Assembly (NCBI GenBank): GCA_951406725.2
Contig: OX597830.1
Location: 74,586,001-74,650,000, forward strand
Length of the DNA stretch: 64,000 nt
Source: Octopus vulgaris
Taxonomy: Eukaryota
Direction of reading: 5' to 3'
The notes under the pieces are model-generated. The model was not told where the DNA came from. It saw nothing but the letters and a program-made list of their open reading frames with translations, and made no database searches. Each line of letters opens with the position of its first letter. The stretch's first letter is position 1. The translations under genes were made by a program, and so were the position numbers. Below are positions 1 through 12,184 of the stretch, piece after piece.

Positions 1-664
1 CCATATTGTCATCTTGCACATCTGTGTGTGTGCGGGCATGCTTGTGAACATGAGTGTGGATGTGTTTAAGTGTATGTGTGTGTATGCGCGCCTATGTGTG
101 TGAGCGTTTCTGCCTATTTATACATATATTATTGCTCTAGGTAACAGTTTATAATGTGGGGAGAGAGGTGCATTTTGAATTTAGTATTCTTTGTGATTCG
201 TATTTAGGACCGATGAATGTCGTGTCACTCTGTCTGCTATGTAGATTGTCTCTTTAATAACATTATTTATTCAATTGTAACTTATATAATGAAAACATGG
301 ATCTTGTTAGCACAGCTTCCATTGTTTGTATGGATACATATGTTTCGATATATATTTGTGTTTTTGTGAAATTATATGATGTTTATGGAAGCAGCAAGTG
401 TCGAGCTTCTAATTGCAATCAATGACCAGATCAGTGTCAGCATCCCTACCGTTCTTACGTTAACAATCTCTTCATCTCCCGTTTTCCCATTCGCTCTGAA
501 CTTTGTTTTCTCTAAAATTCACTTCGTGGGGTTTTTTTTCTGTCATTCAACAGGTTTTCTCCGAATACTGCCTATCGCATGCTTATCTACAAACACCACT
601 TCTATTTTCTATCAATCTCGACAGCATCGAAGCTCTCGCATATTAAGTTAAAGTAATTGTTCAG

Positions 665-750
665 GTTTGCGTGAAGAAGTACTTTGTACGAAACGTTGGA
701 AACTTCTTTGACATCTAACAAACAAACATTCAATACGTTAAGCTTTACAT
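665..750 (+). mobile_element. Degenerate Penelope-type terminal-repeat fragment with minimal hammerhead-like motif
   Basis: gtttgc-GTGAAGA-a-gtac-ttt-gtac-GAAAC-GTT-ggaaac, ending at a (TA)n run. A more decayed sister copy lies at about 1397-1480 (tactttgtgcgaaacgtcagaaac...aatacgttaa). Confidence 0.45.
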
Positions 751-1247
751 ATATATATATATATATACATTCATATTTATGCGGGATGTGTTGGGTTAAG
801 AGATATGCGGAGGTGGGGCGGGGCGGGGCAGCGCGTATTTTAATACATACACACACGCAAACGCACAAAGAAGATACAAAGACAGATAAATAGATAGGCG
901 GGAAAGTGTTTACACGATTGCGTGTGAGAAGGACATATAGCACCTAAAACCAACCACTTTTGTGGGTGTGAGATCGATTAATTGATCACTGTACTTGTCT
1001 CCCACTTACAATATCGACCTTGCAAGACATTCGTTTCAGCAGATTTTCAGCTCAGACTTCTATAGACATATTCTATATACCGTAAAGCTTTCTTTTTCTG
1101 AACAGTTTCCTGATACTATTATTGACGGGCCCATTACATATGACTGAGAAATTATCAAGAAAAAAGGATTTCATAATGTTATTTCCAATTTCATATATGT
1201 ATATACATATATGTGTGTATATGTGTTTGTGTATGTGTGTATGTATG

Positions 1248-1309
<62 letters not shown>

Positions 1310-1669
1310 AAGCAATTTAAGTTACAAACACTTGCCATCTGTCAATCTCTACTTAATCAAAGCTTTCACGGATTGAGTAACAAATTAAAGCTTGCATTTT
1401 CCGAAAGGATTACTTTGTGCGAAACGTCAGAAACTCACTAGCATGTTTTGGACAGAACTTAAAATACGTTAATGTTTGCAGATATATGGGCAGCGTTATT
1501 TCTGTATGTTTGTGTGTGTGTATGTGCGCGTGCGTGCGTGCGTGTGTATGTGTGTTGATTTACATATTTACATGTGTTTGTACGTACACACACGCAAAGT
1601 CAGAAGAAAAGGACAGAAAGGTAAATTGGCGCACATACAGACAGGCAGACAGACAGATTGATAGATAGG

Positions 1670-1766
<97 letters not shown>

Positions 1767-2118
1767 AGAGAGATAGAGAGAGATGTAGCATATTTATGTT
1801 AGATAATTTTGAGAATTCTATTTTCTTTGAGTGCATTCATATACCTAACGAACATTTTTAAAGTACAAGTTTTAAAGAATCATAATTTCTTCTTGCAATG
1901 CGTTCGTCAGATAAGTGAGTATGAGTGAATGGTACAGTACATAAAACCATGCAAATGTTCTTGGCTCAGGAGCGAGTGTGATTTGGTACCACATATCAAG
2001 ATTTCATATATTCTTTCACACACGTATGTAGTCGCGAGTGAAAACAAGCTTTCTAACACTACTTGGACCTTAGAAGAAGCGGAACATCAAGGACATAATA
2101 TCATTATGAGAGGTTCGA

Positions 2119-2592
2119 GGGCGGCGAGCTGGCAGAATCGTTAACACGCCAGGCAAAATACATTGCTGTATTTCGTCCGTTTTCACGTTCTGAGTTCAAA
2201 TTCCGCCGAGGTCGACTTTATCTTTCATCCTTTCGGGATCGATTAAATAAGTACCAGTTACGCACTGGGGGTCAATATAATCGACTTAATCCGTTTGTCT
2301 GTCCTTGTTTGTCCTCTCTGTGTTTATCTTTTTGTGGGTAGTAAAGAAATAGGTGTTATGAGAGGTTCGAGGACGGCGAGCTGGCAGAATCGTTAACACA
2401 CCGGGCAAAATGCTTTGCTGTATTTCGTCCGTCTTCACGTTCTGAGTTCGAATTCCGCCAAGGTCGAGTTTGCCTTTTATCCTTTCGGGGTCGATTAAAT
2501 GAATACCAGTTATGCACAGTGCTCGATGTAATAGACTTAATTTAATTTCTTTCTCCAAATTTGAAGCCTTGTGCTTCCAGTAGAAAGGACTA
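2119..2592 (+). mobile_element. Two tandem family-A tRNA-headed SINEs (Meta-like central domain) with different tails
   Basis: Head ggcggcgagctggcagaatcgtta, B-box-like gagttcaaattcc, central (gcc)tttcatcctttcggggtcgat...aagtaccag. The target ttatgagaggtt(c/t)ga occurs three times (about 2104, 2356, 2593). Confidence 0.9.
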
Positions 2593-4002
2593 TTATGAGA
2601 GGTTTGAGCCAACACTCCGCTTGTAATTGTTTTTTTACTGTAGAAAGCTCCAGAAACTTGGAAAAAATGCTCTTTCTTCAATGTCCATGAATCGGAACCC
2701 AAATCTTATGATTGTAAACCTCCAACAACCAAACAAGTAGGTCACGCAATTTCTCTGTACTGTTTCACTTTCTGAAATTTTAAAAAAGCTGCAAGATTAT
2801 TTTATTTTATTTCATTTTATCATAGATGAATATGTAATTACAAAACGCATACAAATTATATTTATGCACTTAAAAATGTAAACGAAATATATTACGTACA
2901 AAAAATTGAATTCTTCATATCCGCATACAACACATATTAAAAAAAAAATTATCGTATACAGCTGAAAATCCTAACACCCTAAACAGCTTACAATTTATTC
3001 ATTTATCTATCTATTTATTTATTTTCAGATGTTAACTCTCAGATGTTTTGATCATACAATTCCGAAGACCACTTTCTAATTTTTTTAGTTTTTGTCTCAT
3101 TTTTCTTTTAATTTATTTACATTCTTTTGTAAGCATAAAGTCAAAAGCATAATGAACAATTAACTTCGAGATCCGGAATAAAATTAAAGTGTCCACACTT
3201 AAACGAATAAGTGCCCAAGAAATTATACCTCAGCATTACTTAAATATATGAAGGTTTACTTGAATATATCTAAATATATTACTACATACGCCGTTTGGAG
3301 TGTTATATAATTCTTATCAGAGCAATAACCGTTACATCACATATTGCTTCAGAAGATGAAATCCCTCGCTAGATATAACAAAATGAAAATATATATATAA
3401 AAAAAAAGTAAAACAAAAAAGACAAAACTTCAAGACATTAGTGTTAAAAGCCTTCGCATGCAAATCCAATAACTTCCTAATAATTCCAAAGACCCAAACA
3501 TAATATAATTTACATAACTATGTGTCTATAAAATTAAATATCCATTATTTCTCTTAGTAAAGTTACGGCGTTAACGGATCCTGATCCACTTACAACTCGC
3601 ACTTGATATTAAAAATACATGTTTTACCTTTATTCTATAGATTCTACAACTTGGTTTCTGAATTCCATTAATATTTATTTCTAAAAATAGCACAAAATCA
3701 CAAATTTTGAAAGCGGGGTATACACTATTACTGGCTTAGAATGAGTTGCCACCGATCGGTGTGAGTATGGAAATATGTGCCGGTAAGGTTGACTGTTGAT
3801 ATATAAATATATATTCATATTCTTGATTTAAAATTTTGGCACAATGCCAGAAATTTTTTGGCGGGGAGGGGAGGTAATTCTATTGCATATACCCCAGTAC
3901 TCAACTGGTACTTACTTTTATCGACTCCGAAAGGATGAGAAGCTAAGTCAATCTCGACAGAATTTCATCGCAAAATATAAAGGCGGAAGAAATAATGCTG
4001 TT

Positions 4003-4067
<65 letters not shown>

Positions 4068-4070
<3 letters not shown>

Positions 4071-4199
4071 GAATGAAATAAACGAACATTGAAAATAACA
4101 ATAATAAACAACAAGAACACATACACGTGGACTGTATTAATTGCACGCTCATTAAGAAAAGAGTTTTTGGCGTTTCGAGTGTAGCTCTTCGTCAGAAAG
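4068..4199 (-). mobile_element. Penelope-type terminal-repeat fragment with hammerhead-like core
   Basis: Minus strand reads cttt-CTGACGA-a-gag-ctaca-ctc-GAAAC-gcc-aaaa (cleavage triplet mutated). It abuts a (TA)n array. Confidence 0.5.
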
Positions 4200-4487
4200 C
4201 CCAGTGGTTAGTGCGGCGAATTCGCGGTCGGAGGATAGCGGTTTCGATTCCCAGACCGGGCGTTGGTGTGTTTATTAAGCGAAAATACCTAAAGCTCGAC
4301 GAGGTAACGGTAGGTGGGGTGGCAACCCCCTGTTTTACTCTTTCGCCCTAACTTTCTCTCACCCTTTCTTCCTGTTTCTTGAGTAACGTTGCCATGGACT
4401 GGCGTCCCGTCCAGTTGTGGTGAACACATACGCCACACATACCGGGATACCGGGCCCATGAGCCTGGCTAGGCTTGAAAAGGGCGTA
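4199..4487 (+). mobile_element. Family-C tRNA-headed SINE with V-domain-like tail
   Basis: Head gcccagtggttag...ggtttcgattcccagaccgggcgttg. Tail catggactggcgtcccgtccag...catgagcctggctaggcttgaaaagggcg is shared with 8062-8310. Confidence 0.75.
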
Positions 4488-4847
4488 AAATATATATATA
4501 ATATATATATATACACTACTACTTTATTTTTCGGTTATTCATCTTATGAATTCAAATTCTGCCGAGTTTAACATTACCTTTCAACCTTTCGGGATCATTT
4601 ACAATAAATATTAATTGAACACTAGAGTTGAAGGAATCAACTAGCTACCCTGCTCCTCAAAAGTATTTGATTTGGGTCTAAATTGCAAACTATTATCAGT
4701 ATCTTTTTCTTTTTAATTATTTTCAAATTTTACACCGCTAACCAATTTTCTACCCATCCAAGAAGACAAACACCCTTACATCTTCTCATCAACGCTATTT
4801 GGTATAGATGCAATGGACTGCCATGCATTACTGATACTTTATTTAAA

Positions 4848-5078
4848 CCTATTTCTTTATTGCCCACAAGGGGCTAAACATAGAGGGAACAAACAAGAAC
4901 AGACAAACGGATTAAGTCAATTACATCGACCCCAGTGCGTAACTGGTACTTAATTTATCGACCCCGAAAGGATGAAAGGCAAAGTCGGCCTCGGCGGAAT
5001 TTGAACTCGGAACGTAAAGACGGACGAAATACCGCTAAGCATTTTGCCTGGTGTGCTAACGTTTCTGCCAGCTCGCCC
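4848..5078 (-). mobile_element. Family-A SINE
   Basis: Reverse complement of the family-A head, central domain and agccccttgtgggcaataaagaaatag tail. Confidence 0.9.
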
Positions 5079-5790
5079 ATCAAGTGAAAACGAAAACTTC
5101 GGCTCGCTCTGGCAATGTTCGAACTGAAAGCGTAAAGTTGGTTAAACAAAGCCTATAAGGAATTTTATCCAACGTTCTAACAATCTCAAACGTCATGAGA
5201 CTCTAAACACGGTATTTCGACCTACAAAATTTAATAGTTATGTACCCTGGTCAATCGCAAACCCTATGCTTTTCTAACAAGAATGTCACACGAGTTAGAG
5301 TAGTTAACGACGTCGTACAAACAATGAATTAAAGACTGAATGAACACAACTGAAACGCTTTTGGCTATAAGTTAACACGATCAGAGATGACCTGGGGCTT
5401 AACAACAAAAACGATAACAACTGCTCAGTCACATATGATAGATCAATAAATTAATTCAATATGACTCACACACTTTCTTGTTAAATTGTTGTATCGACTT
5501 CTCAGTTGTTTGTTGGTTTCAAACTTCTATTCTTGATTTTCCCAGTTTTGTGTTTTACCTTAGTCAGTCATATGAAATCGATAAATTAAAAAGACTCGTT
5601 GTTATTATTATTGCTTTTGTCGTCCCAAAAATCAAACCTAATCTAACCGAGCAGAATACAGGCTAACTGTGACCATCCTAATAATATATAGCATCAAAAC
5701 TAGTGTAATAAAACATACCCCCTAGCGTTGCATCGAAATAATATTAGAATACAGTGGTAAATAAATAGTACTCAAGTATAGAATGGATAT

Positions 5791-6170
5791 AAGCACTCCG
5801 TCGGTTACGACGATGAGGGTTCCGGTTGATCCGAATCAACGGAACAGCCTGCTCGTGAAATTAACGTGTAAGTGGCTGAGCACTCCACAGACACGTGCAC
5901 CCTTAACGTAGTTCTCGGGGATATTCAGCGTGACACAGAGAGTGACAAGGCCGGCCCCTTGAAATACAGGTACAACAGAAACAGGAAGTAAGAGTGAGAG
6001 AAAGTTGTGGTGAAAGAGTACAGCAGGGATCACCACCATCCCTGCCGGAGCCTCGTAGAGCTTAGGTGTTTTCGCTCAATAAACACTCACAACGCCCGGT
6101 CTGGGAATCAAAACCGCGATCCTACGACCTCGAGTCCGCTGCCCTAACCACTGGGCCATTGCGCCTCCAC
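5791..6170 (-). mobile_element. Full-length family-C SINE
   Basis: Head gtggaggcgcaatggcccagtggttagggcagcggactcg on the minus strand, flanked by the direct repeat aagtatagaat (5774-5784 and 6176-6186). Confidence 0.85.
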
Positions 6171-6223
6171 CACTGAAGTATAGAATACTCAGGTGATAAA
6201 TAAAGTCAGGTGATAAATGAATA

Positions 6224-6627
6224 TATTTCTTTATTTACCTATAAAATGGTTTACATTGAGGTGACGTTACAAGGACAGACAAGAGGCATGTAGGATACAA
6301 ACACGCTTCTTATATACAAGATGAAAAGACAGATGGATTTACATATATTTTACGAATGGGAGTTAAAAATATAAATGATGATTGGATGGAAATTGGGTTC
6401 CGGGTTAGTGAGTTAATCCGCCGGTTGGTTATCCCTTTTGGTAATCTTTTTCCTTTTTTTTATGCCCCGACCGACCGTGCAAGCACAGCTTCATGTATTC
6501 TCATCTTTCTTACCACTGTCATCCATCCTTTTCCAAACGCTCTTTGCGGCAGGCTCCTCCTCTCCAGACGGATCTTGCTGGACAGATGGGCGGCGAAGTA
6601 ATTCATCAGCCCACGTCTGGAGATGAA
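6224..6627 (-). mobile_element. 5'-truncated Tx1-like LINE: ORF2 C-terminus plus 3' UTR
   Basis: 6627-6460 reads FISRRGLMNYFAAHLSSKIRLERRSLPQRAFGKGWMTVVRKMRIHEAVLARSVGA*, resembling the Tx1 ORF2 terminal motif (F..L..KIRLER..L...F...W). The UTR ends ttgtctgtccttgt...aaataaagaaata. Confidence 0.65.
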
Positions 6628-7055
6628 CTGAAGGTGATACGCACAGTTATATAGTGCTCAGGTATAGAACCACTGAGTGATTAGTTATAGTCGTTCCTAA
6701 CAACTAATGGGAGACAAACCTCCTTCTACTTCATATTAATTGTATCAGTCTGTCTAATGTAAATCGTAATGAGTTTGCCTAGGCTTTATAACCGTTATTA
6801 GTTGAAAATGCAAAGGTAGTTAATTGGCCGATGTTTAAAACACCGGCCAAACTTCCTTGCTTTATTCGATCCGCGTTACTTGGTTTTAATTTTAAGCCTG
6901 CAGTGATCAACTTTGCTCTTCATCCTTCTGCGTACGATAATTCTCTTCTTAAATATACCACTCTCTATCTCTGTCTCTGTCTCTCTCTCTTCATCTATCT
7001 ATCTACGTTTCTTTTTCTCTCCAGGAGAAATCGGCCGTGTTGAAGAGATAAGCCC

Positions 7056-7131
7056 GGCCATAACACACTGTGTATCACAACGACGTCCTAATAGACTCGG
7101 CCATAACACGCTGTGTATCACAACGACGTCC
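7056..7131. repeat. Short tandem duplication (about 34 bp x2)
   Basis: cggccataacac(a/g)ctgtgtatcacaacgacgtcc occurs twice. Confidence 0.85.
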
Positions 7132-8061
7132 GTCCTAACGAATCAATCAGAACTTGAGGGCCCAAGCAAGTTGATCAACATGCAAAAGTACCTGTCTCTC
7201 TACAGCCGTGCCTGTTTACTTATCTGAAACCAATGAAGGAGCTTCTATGTAGTCATTCAGCATGCAAAAATAGCAGCCAAGTTTGCTTCAATTTTGCATT
7301 TTACTGCCTTTTTCTTTTTTTTTAAAAGGAATAATAAATAGAATACGAACCACCAGGACGCACTAAGCTGAGGAATAAACGGAACGGTTACGGCTGGAAC
7401 GTCTTTGTATGGATCTCTGTTACTTAGTTTGCTTTTTCCTTCAGCCCTATGATTTATTATCGTTTCTACTATAGGCACGAGGCCCAAAATTTTGAGGGAG
7501 GGACTAGTCGATTACCTCAGCCCCTGTCCTCGCCTGGTACTTAATTCATCTACCCCGAAAGGATGAAAGGCAAAGTCGAGCTCGGCTGGAATTGGATTCA
7601 TAATTCAGGTTATCTAATTTTCATGACGTGTAAGTAACCGAGAATATATTTTCTCTGAGCGGGTTGCAGGTCCGTTGCAGGTCCCAAGGCTAGCAATTTT
7701 AAGGAAGGGGATTACTCGGTAGGCTATTTATCAAACCCGAAAAGCTGACAGACAAAGCTAACCTCGACGAGATTTTCTCCGATGTACAAACGATTGTATC
7801 TATTCGTTGCCTTTCTCGTTCATTAGGGTAGTGGAATTTACTCTGGTAGCATCAGAAGGAAAAAATATTACTTTATAACTAAGTAATCCAGAAATACAAG
7901 AGAGAGCGGGGATTCATAGCTGTAAATGTGTCGTTGACCATAAGCCTTTTATGTTTGACCAAAGGCTAATCGACAACAAGCAACCGCAATAATTTTGTGC
8001 CAGTTATTTTACATCGATGCCATTACTTCACTAGTACTTTATTTTAAATAAATGAAAATAA

Positions 8062-8310
8062 ATGCGCCCTTTTAAAGCCTAACCAGGATCATGGGCCTGG
8101 TTTCCTGGTTTCAATGTCGTATGTGTTCCCCAGCTGGACGGGACGCCAGTCCATCGCAGCGTTACTCATTTTAGCCAGCTGAGTGGACTGGAGCAACATG
8201 AAATGAAGTGTTTTGCTCAAGAACACAACGCGTCGCCCGGTCCATGATTCGAAACTACAATCTTACAATCATGATACTGACACCCTAAACACTAAGCCAC
8301 GTGCTTCCAC
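8062..8310 (-). mobile_element. tRNA-headed SINE with CORE-like and V-like segments
   Basis: Head gtggaagcacgtggcttagtg, CORE-like gtgttcttgagcaaaacactt, V-like ctgcgatggactggcgtcccgtccag. It is flanked by the repeat cactagtactttatttta. Confidence 0.75.
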
Positions 8311-9461
8311 TAGTACTTTATTTTATCAAGCCCTAAATGATGATAGGCAATGCTGACTTTCAAGAGATTTGAACCCGGAATGTAAAGAGAGGAAAGAAAT
8401 ATTGTTAAGCAGTTTGTTCGACGCGCTTCGCGATTCTGCCGGCTCGCCACCTTACAGCCATAATAATAGCAATAGCATCACCCTTGGTTTTTGTCGTTTT
8501 TTTGTTTTTGTTTTTGGCTATTTTTTCTTGGTTTCTAATTTATATATCGATTTGTTTCAAAACACTTGCTCCATTATCAGCTGAACCATCTGACAAAAGA
8601 GAAACGAGTTTGCCAAGTTCTTGTTTCAAGACTTACTGACGTTGTTCCAAACCAATCGTACGGAACGATGCGTTTGTAGGTCAACAGGAAAATGTTTGGT
8701 TGGCAACTGTTGGCAACTATTTGTCAGACATAAATGGATTCTCCGTCGGTTTCGGCGAGGAATATTCCAAGTGGTCAATTAACTGCACCACTTGTTCATT
8801 AGAGAATATAGCATAGATGGTTGAATATATCACAGGCACGTGTAACCTTGTTTGTGAGGGGTCCAGTCGATATAATCGACTGGACTTTTCCTCCCACCAA
8901 AAAAAAAAGAAAAAGAAAAAGAGAAAAATATATTTTCTGGCCATGTGAAAGAAAGCTTATTATTGTAGTTGTGTGTAAAATGGTGAGATAGTAGAATCGT
9001 TAGAACGCCGGACAAAATGCTTAGTGCTATTTCTTTCGGTTCTTTCCCTTCTGAATCCAAATCTTGTCAAGTCTAGTTCTTGCCTTTCATCCGTTTGGTA
9101 TTAATAAAATAAATTACTAGTCTAATGATATGATCGATGTAATCAACAAGTCCTCTTCCTTAAAATTCTAAATACCAATTCTCTCATCACCGAAGTTAAG
9201 CAACATCGACCCTAATAAAGATTTACATGAGAGATCGCGTGGAAATCCTGGGGTAAGCATCTTTCAGGGTAGCTAATCGACTAAGTCATTAGAATCTCAA
9301 ATTAGATCGCTTATCAGTGGTTCTTTATATTCTGTGTTCGAATCTCACCGAGGTAACTTTGACTTCAATATGTTGCGCTTTTGGAGGTAGAAAATCTATA
9401 AAGTACAAAATTCTGCACTAGGCGAACCATTCTTCTCTTTTCTAGCTCACTTTCTCTCTGT

Positions 9462-9896
9462 ACAATTGTTTGTTGGGAAAATTTCGAACGTAGGTTTTCA
9501 TTCCTAAGGTTTTTTTCGATGTTGTTATTATTATTATTATTAGCATTATTATTATGCAGGTCACTGCCTGGAATCGAACTCGGAATCTTGGAGTTAGTAG
9601 CTCCGCGCTCTTAACCACTACGCACTATGCTCGTGGGCAATTATGGAGTGAATTTTAGGGCTTATAAATCTAATATTCTCCTATCCATCCTTAATACCGG
9701 TCCCTATATGCTGTTCATATCTGCACTCGGTCTGCTTAGGAGGTTGTTGTGGCCTAGCATATGTGCTGCCTCTTTTCGTTTTCGTATTTTCCAGTTGTAT
9801 TCTCTGTCTATTATTTTAGCAACGAACAAGATGAGGACAAATATCTGTCATTGTAAATAATGTACTTAATTCCTCATCTCTTAAATATAGAACTGT
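9462..9896 (-). mobile_element. Penelope-like element fragment: endonuclease C-terminus, tRNA-like module and inverted tail
   Basis: 9817-9662 reads KIIDREYNWKIRKRKEAAHMLGHNNLLSRPSADMNSI*GPVLR..., like a Penelope GIY-YIG C-terminus. A tRNA-like module follows at 9630-9559. The end cctcatctcttaaatatagaactgt is shared with the 54967-55418 insert, and tttctctctgt is present on both flanks. Confidence 0.7.
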
Positions 9897-10472
9897 ATTT
9901 TTTCTCTCTGTTTGAAACAAATCATGTGTGAGACGTTTTAAACGTGGAGAGTGACAACCTCTGCCATGACTAAAACTGCCGTATTTAACGACACACTATG
10001 ACTCCAGCAAAATGATGAGAATCCAAAGTATAGTAAAGCAGTTCTTGAATTCTTCTCTCCCCGTGTTATTCCTATAAAAACTGGGTTCTGCTAAGTGGCG
10101 ATTTGATTTTCACAAACAAGGCAAAAATTATTTTCACTTTTGTTACTGTAATAATAGCACAAATATCTTTTACATAGTGAAAGTGGTTCGTTCGGTTACA
10201 TTTTGCTATAATAGCTTCAAGCCTTGTTTGGGACAAAATCATATGTAAATGAAAAACGGAGAAAAGACATCGCCCTTGAACTTTTATTTATTTATTTATT
10301 CATTCATTTTTCTTCGGGGTGTCTGAAAATAGTGGGGATGAGAAGGAAGAACATGAAATTAAGTAGGTAGCTAAAAATCCCAACGACCTCGACACCGAAA
10401 CCACTGCCTTACGATCAGGAATCCAGCACCCTAGACACGAAGGCACGCCTGTATGTAAGAAGAACCAATTAA

Positions 10473-11051
10473 GGCGGTGAGCTGGCAGAAACGTTTGCAC
10501 GCAGGGCGAAATGCTTTGTGGTATTTCGTCCGCCGCTACGTTCTGAGTTCAAATTCTGCCGAGGTCGACTTTGCCTTTCATCTATTCGAAGTCGATAAAT
10601 TAAGTACCAGTTACGTACTGGGATTGATATAATCGACTTAATCCGTTTGTCTGTCCTTGTTTGTCCTCTCTGTGGTTATCCCCTTGTGGGTAGTAAAGAA
10701 ACAGGTATTTAGAGAAGGCGGCGAGCTGGCAGAAACGTTAACACACCGGGGGTCGATTAAATAAATGCCAGTTACGCACTGGGGTCGATATAATCGACTT
10801 AATCCGTTTGTCTGTCCTTGTTTGTCCTCTCAGTGTTTAGCCCCTTGTGGGTAGTAAAGAAATAGGTATTTCGTCTACCGTTACGTTCTGAGTTCAAATT
10901 CCGCCGAGGTTGACTTTGCCTGAATCATTTCGGGGTCGATAAATGAAGTGCCAGCTACGCTCCCGGGTCGATATAATCGACTTAATCCGTTTGTCTGTCC
11001 TTGTTTGTCCCCTCTCTCTTTAGCCCCTATGGGCAATAAAGAATTAAGAAA
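10473..11051 (+). mobile_element. Multimer of family-A SINEs inside one 17-bp target duplication
   Basis: Three tails in tandem, flanked by taagaagaaccaattaa at 10456-10472 and 11052-11068. Confidence 0.85.
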
Positions 11052-11660
11052 TAAGAAGAACCAATTAAAGTAATTTCATATTTTATTGTTAACTTTAACG
11101 CTGCTAGCTGGAAGAGGAGTTTGCACGCCGGGCGAATTGCTTTACGGCATCTCACCCGTCTTCGTGTTCTGAATTCAAATTCCAAAAAAATTTCAGTGCT
11201 TCTGTCTATAGTAGAAAAGATTTTCTACTATAGACACGGCGAGCTGGCAGAATCGTTAGTATGCCGGACAAAATGCTTAGCAGCATATCTTCCGACCTTA
11301 TGTTTTGAGTTCAAATGTAACCGAGGTCAGCTTTGTTATTCCATCTTTCGGTGCCGATAAAATGAACACCTTTTGACCGACAGATTTAAAAAATAATTTT
11401 TTGTAACTAAACACTTTCAAATTTCGGACACTGGTAGAATGTGTCATATAAAAGGTATTTTACTCTTAGCGTTTTTGAGAAAAGCTTATATTCAGAGAGT
11501 TATTTGACGTTAAAGTAGTCTTATTTCGGTAATTTCAGCCAATCAATGACGTGTATTCAGCTGAATAAAATTACTCTCGTTGTTTGTACACAAGAACTTT
11601 CGGTGGCGCATTTTTCCTTTGTCGCTGTTATTTATGACATCGTTCGCGCGTTTGTACTGG

Positions 11661-11800
11661 TTTTAGCTTTAAGGTTTTAGGGCTAGGGTTAGGGTTATGG
11701 TTTAGGGTTAGGGTTATGGTTTTAGGGTTAGGGTTGGGGTTTTAGGGTTAGGGATAGGATTTTAGGGTTAGGGTTTTAGGCTTAGGTTTAGGATTAGTGT
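11661..11800 (+). repeat. Interstitial degenerate (TTAGGG)n array
   Basis: tagggttagggttatggtttagggttagggtt... units. Confidence 0.85.
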
Positions 11801-12184
11801 TGGGAATGTGTATAACTGCGTAACTAATTAACTGCGAGTAAAATATTACTTTTGCTGCTGTCTAATACAAGATTAACACTAATCGAGAACACTGATGTCC
11901 AGCAAAATAATTCCCTCTATAACCAGCCTGCTTTTATAAATATGAAATTATGTTTTTCGTTCTTTTTCAAAAGTAATTTAAGGGAGATTCGGTTACCATT
12001 TTTAAAAGGCCTGAAACGGTGTTACTGTAAAATCTCATTGCCGTTCTGTTGGTTTTTTTCCGGTTTTTAATTAAAAAATAAATCACGCATCATTATTTAC
12101 TGTTGTTACTGTTCTTGACTAGATGTAATATGATAGAATTTGATACGAGAGAGATTTAGTTGTCTTTTTTTTTCTTCTTCCAAT

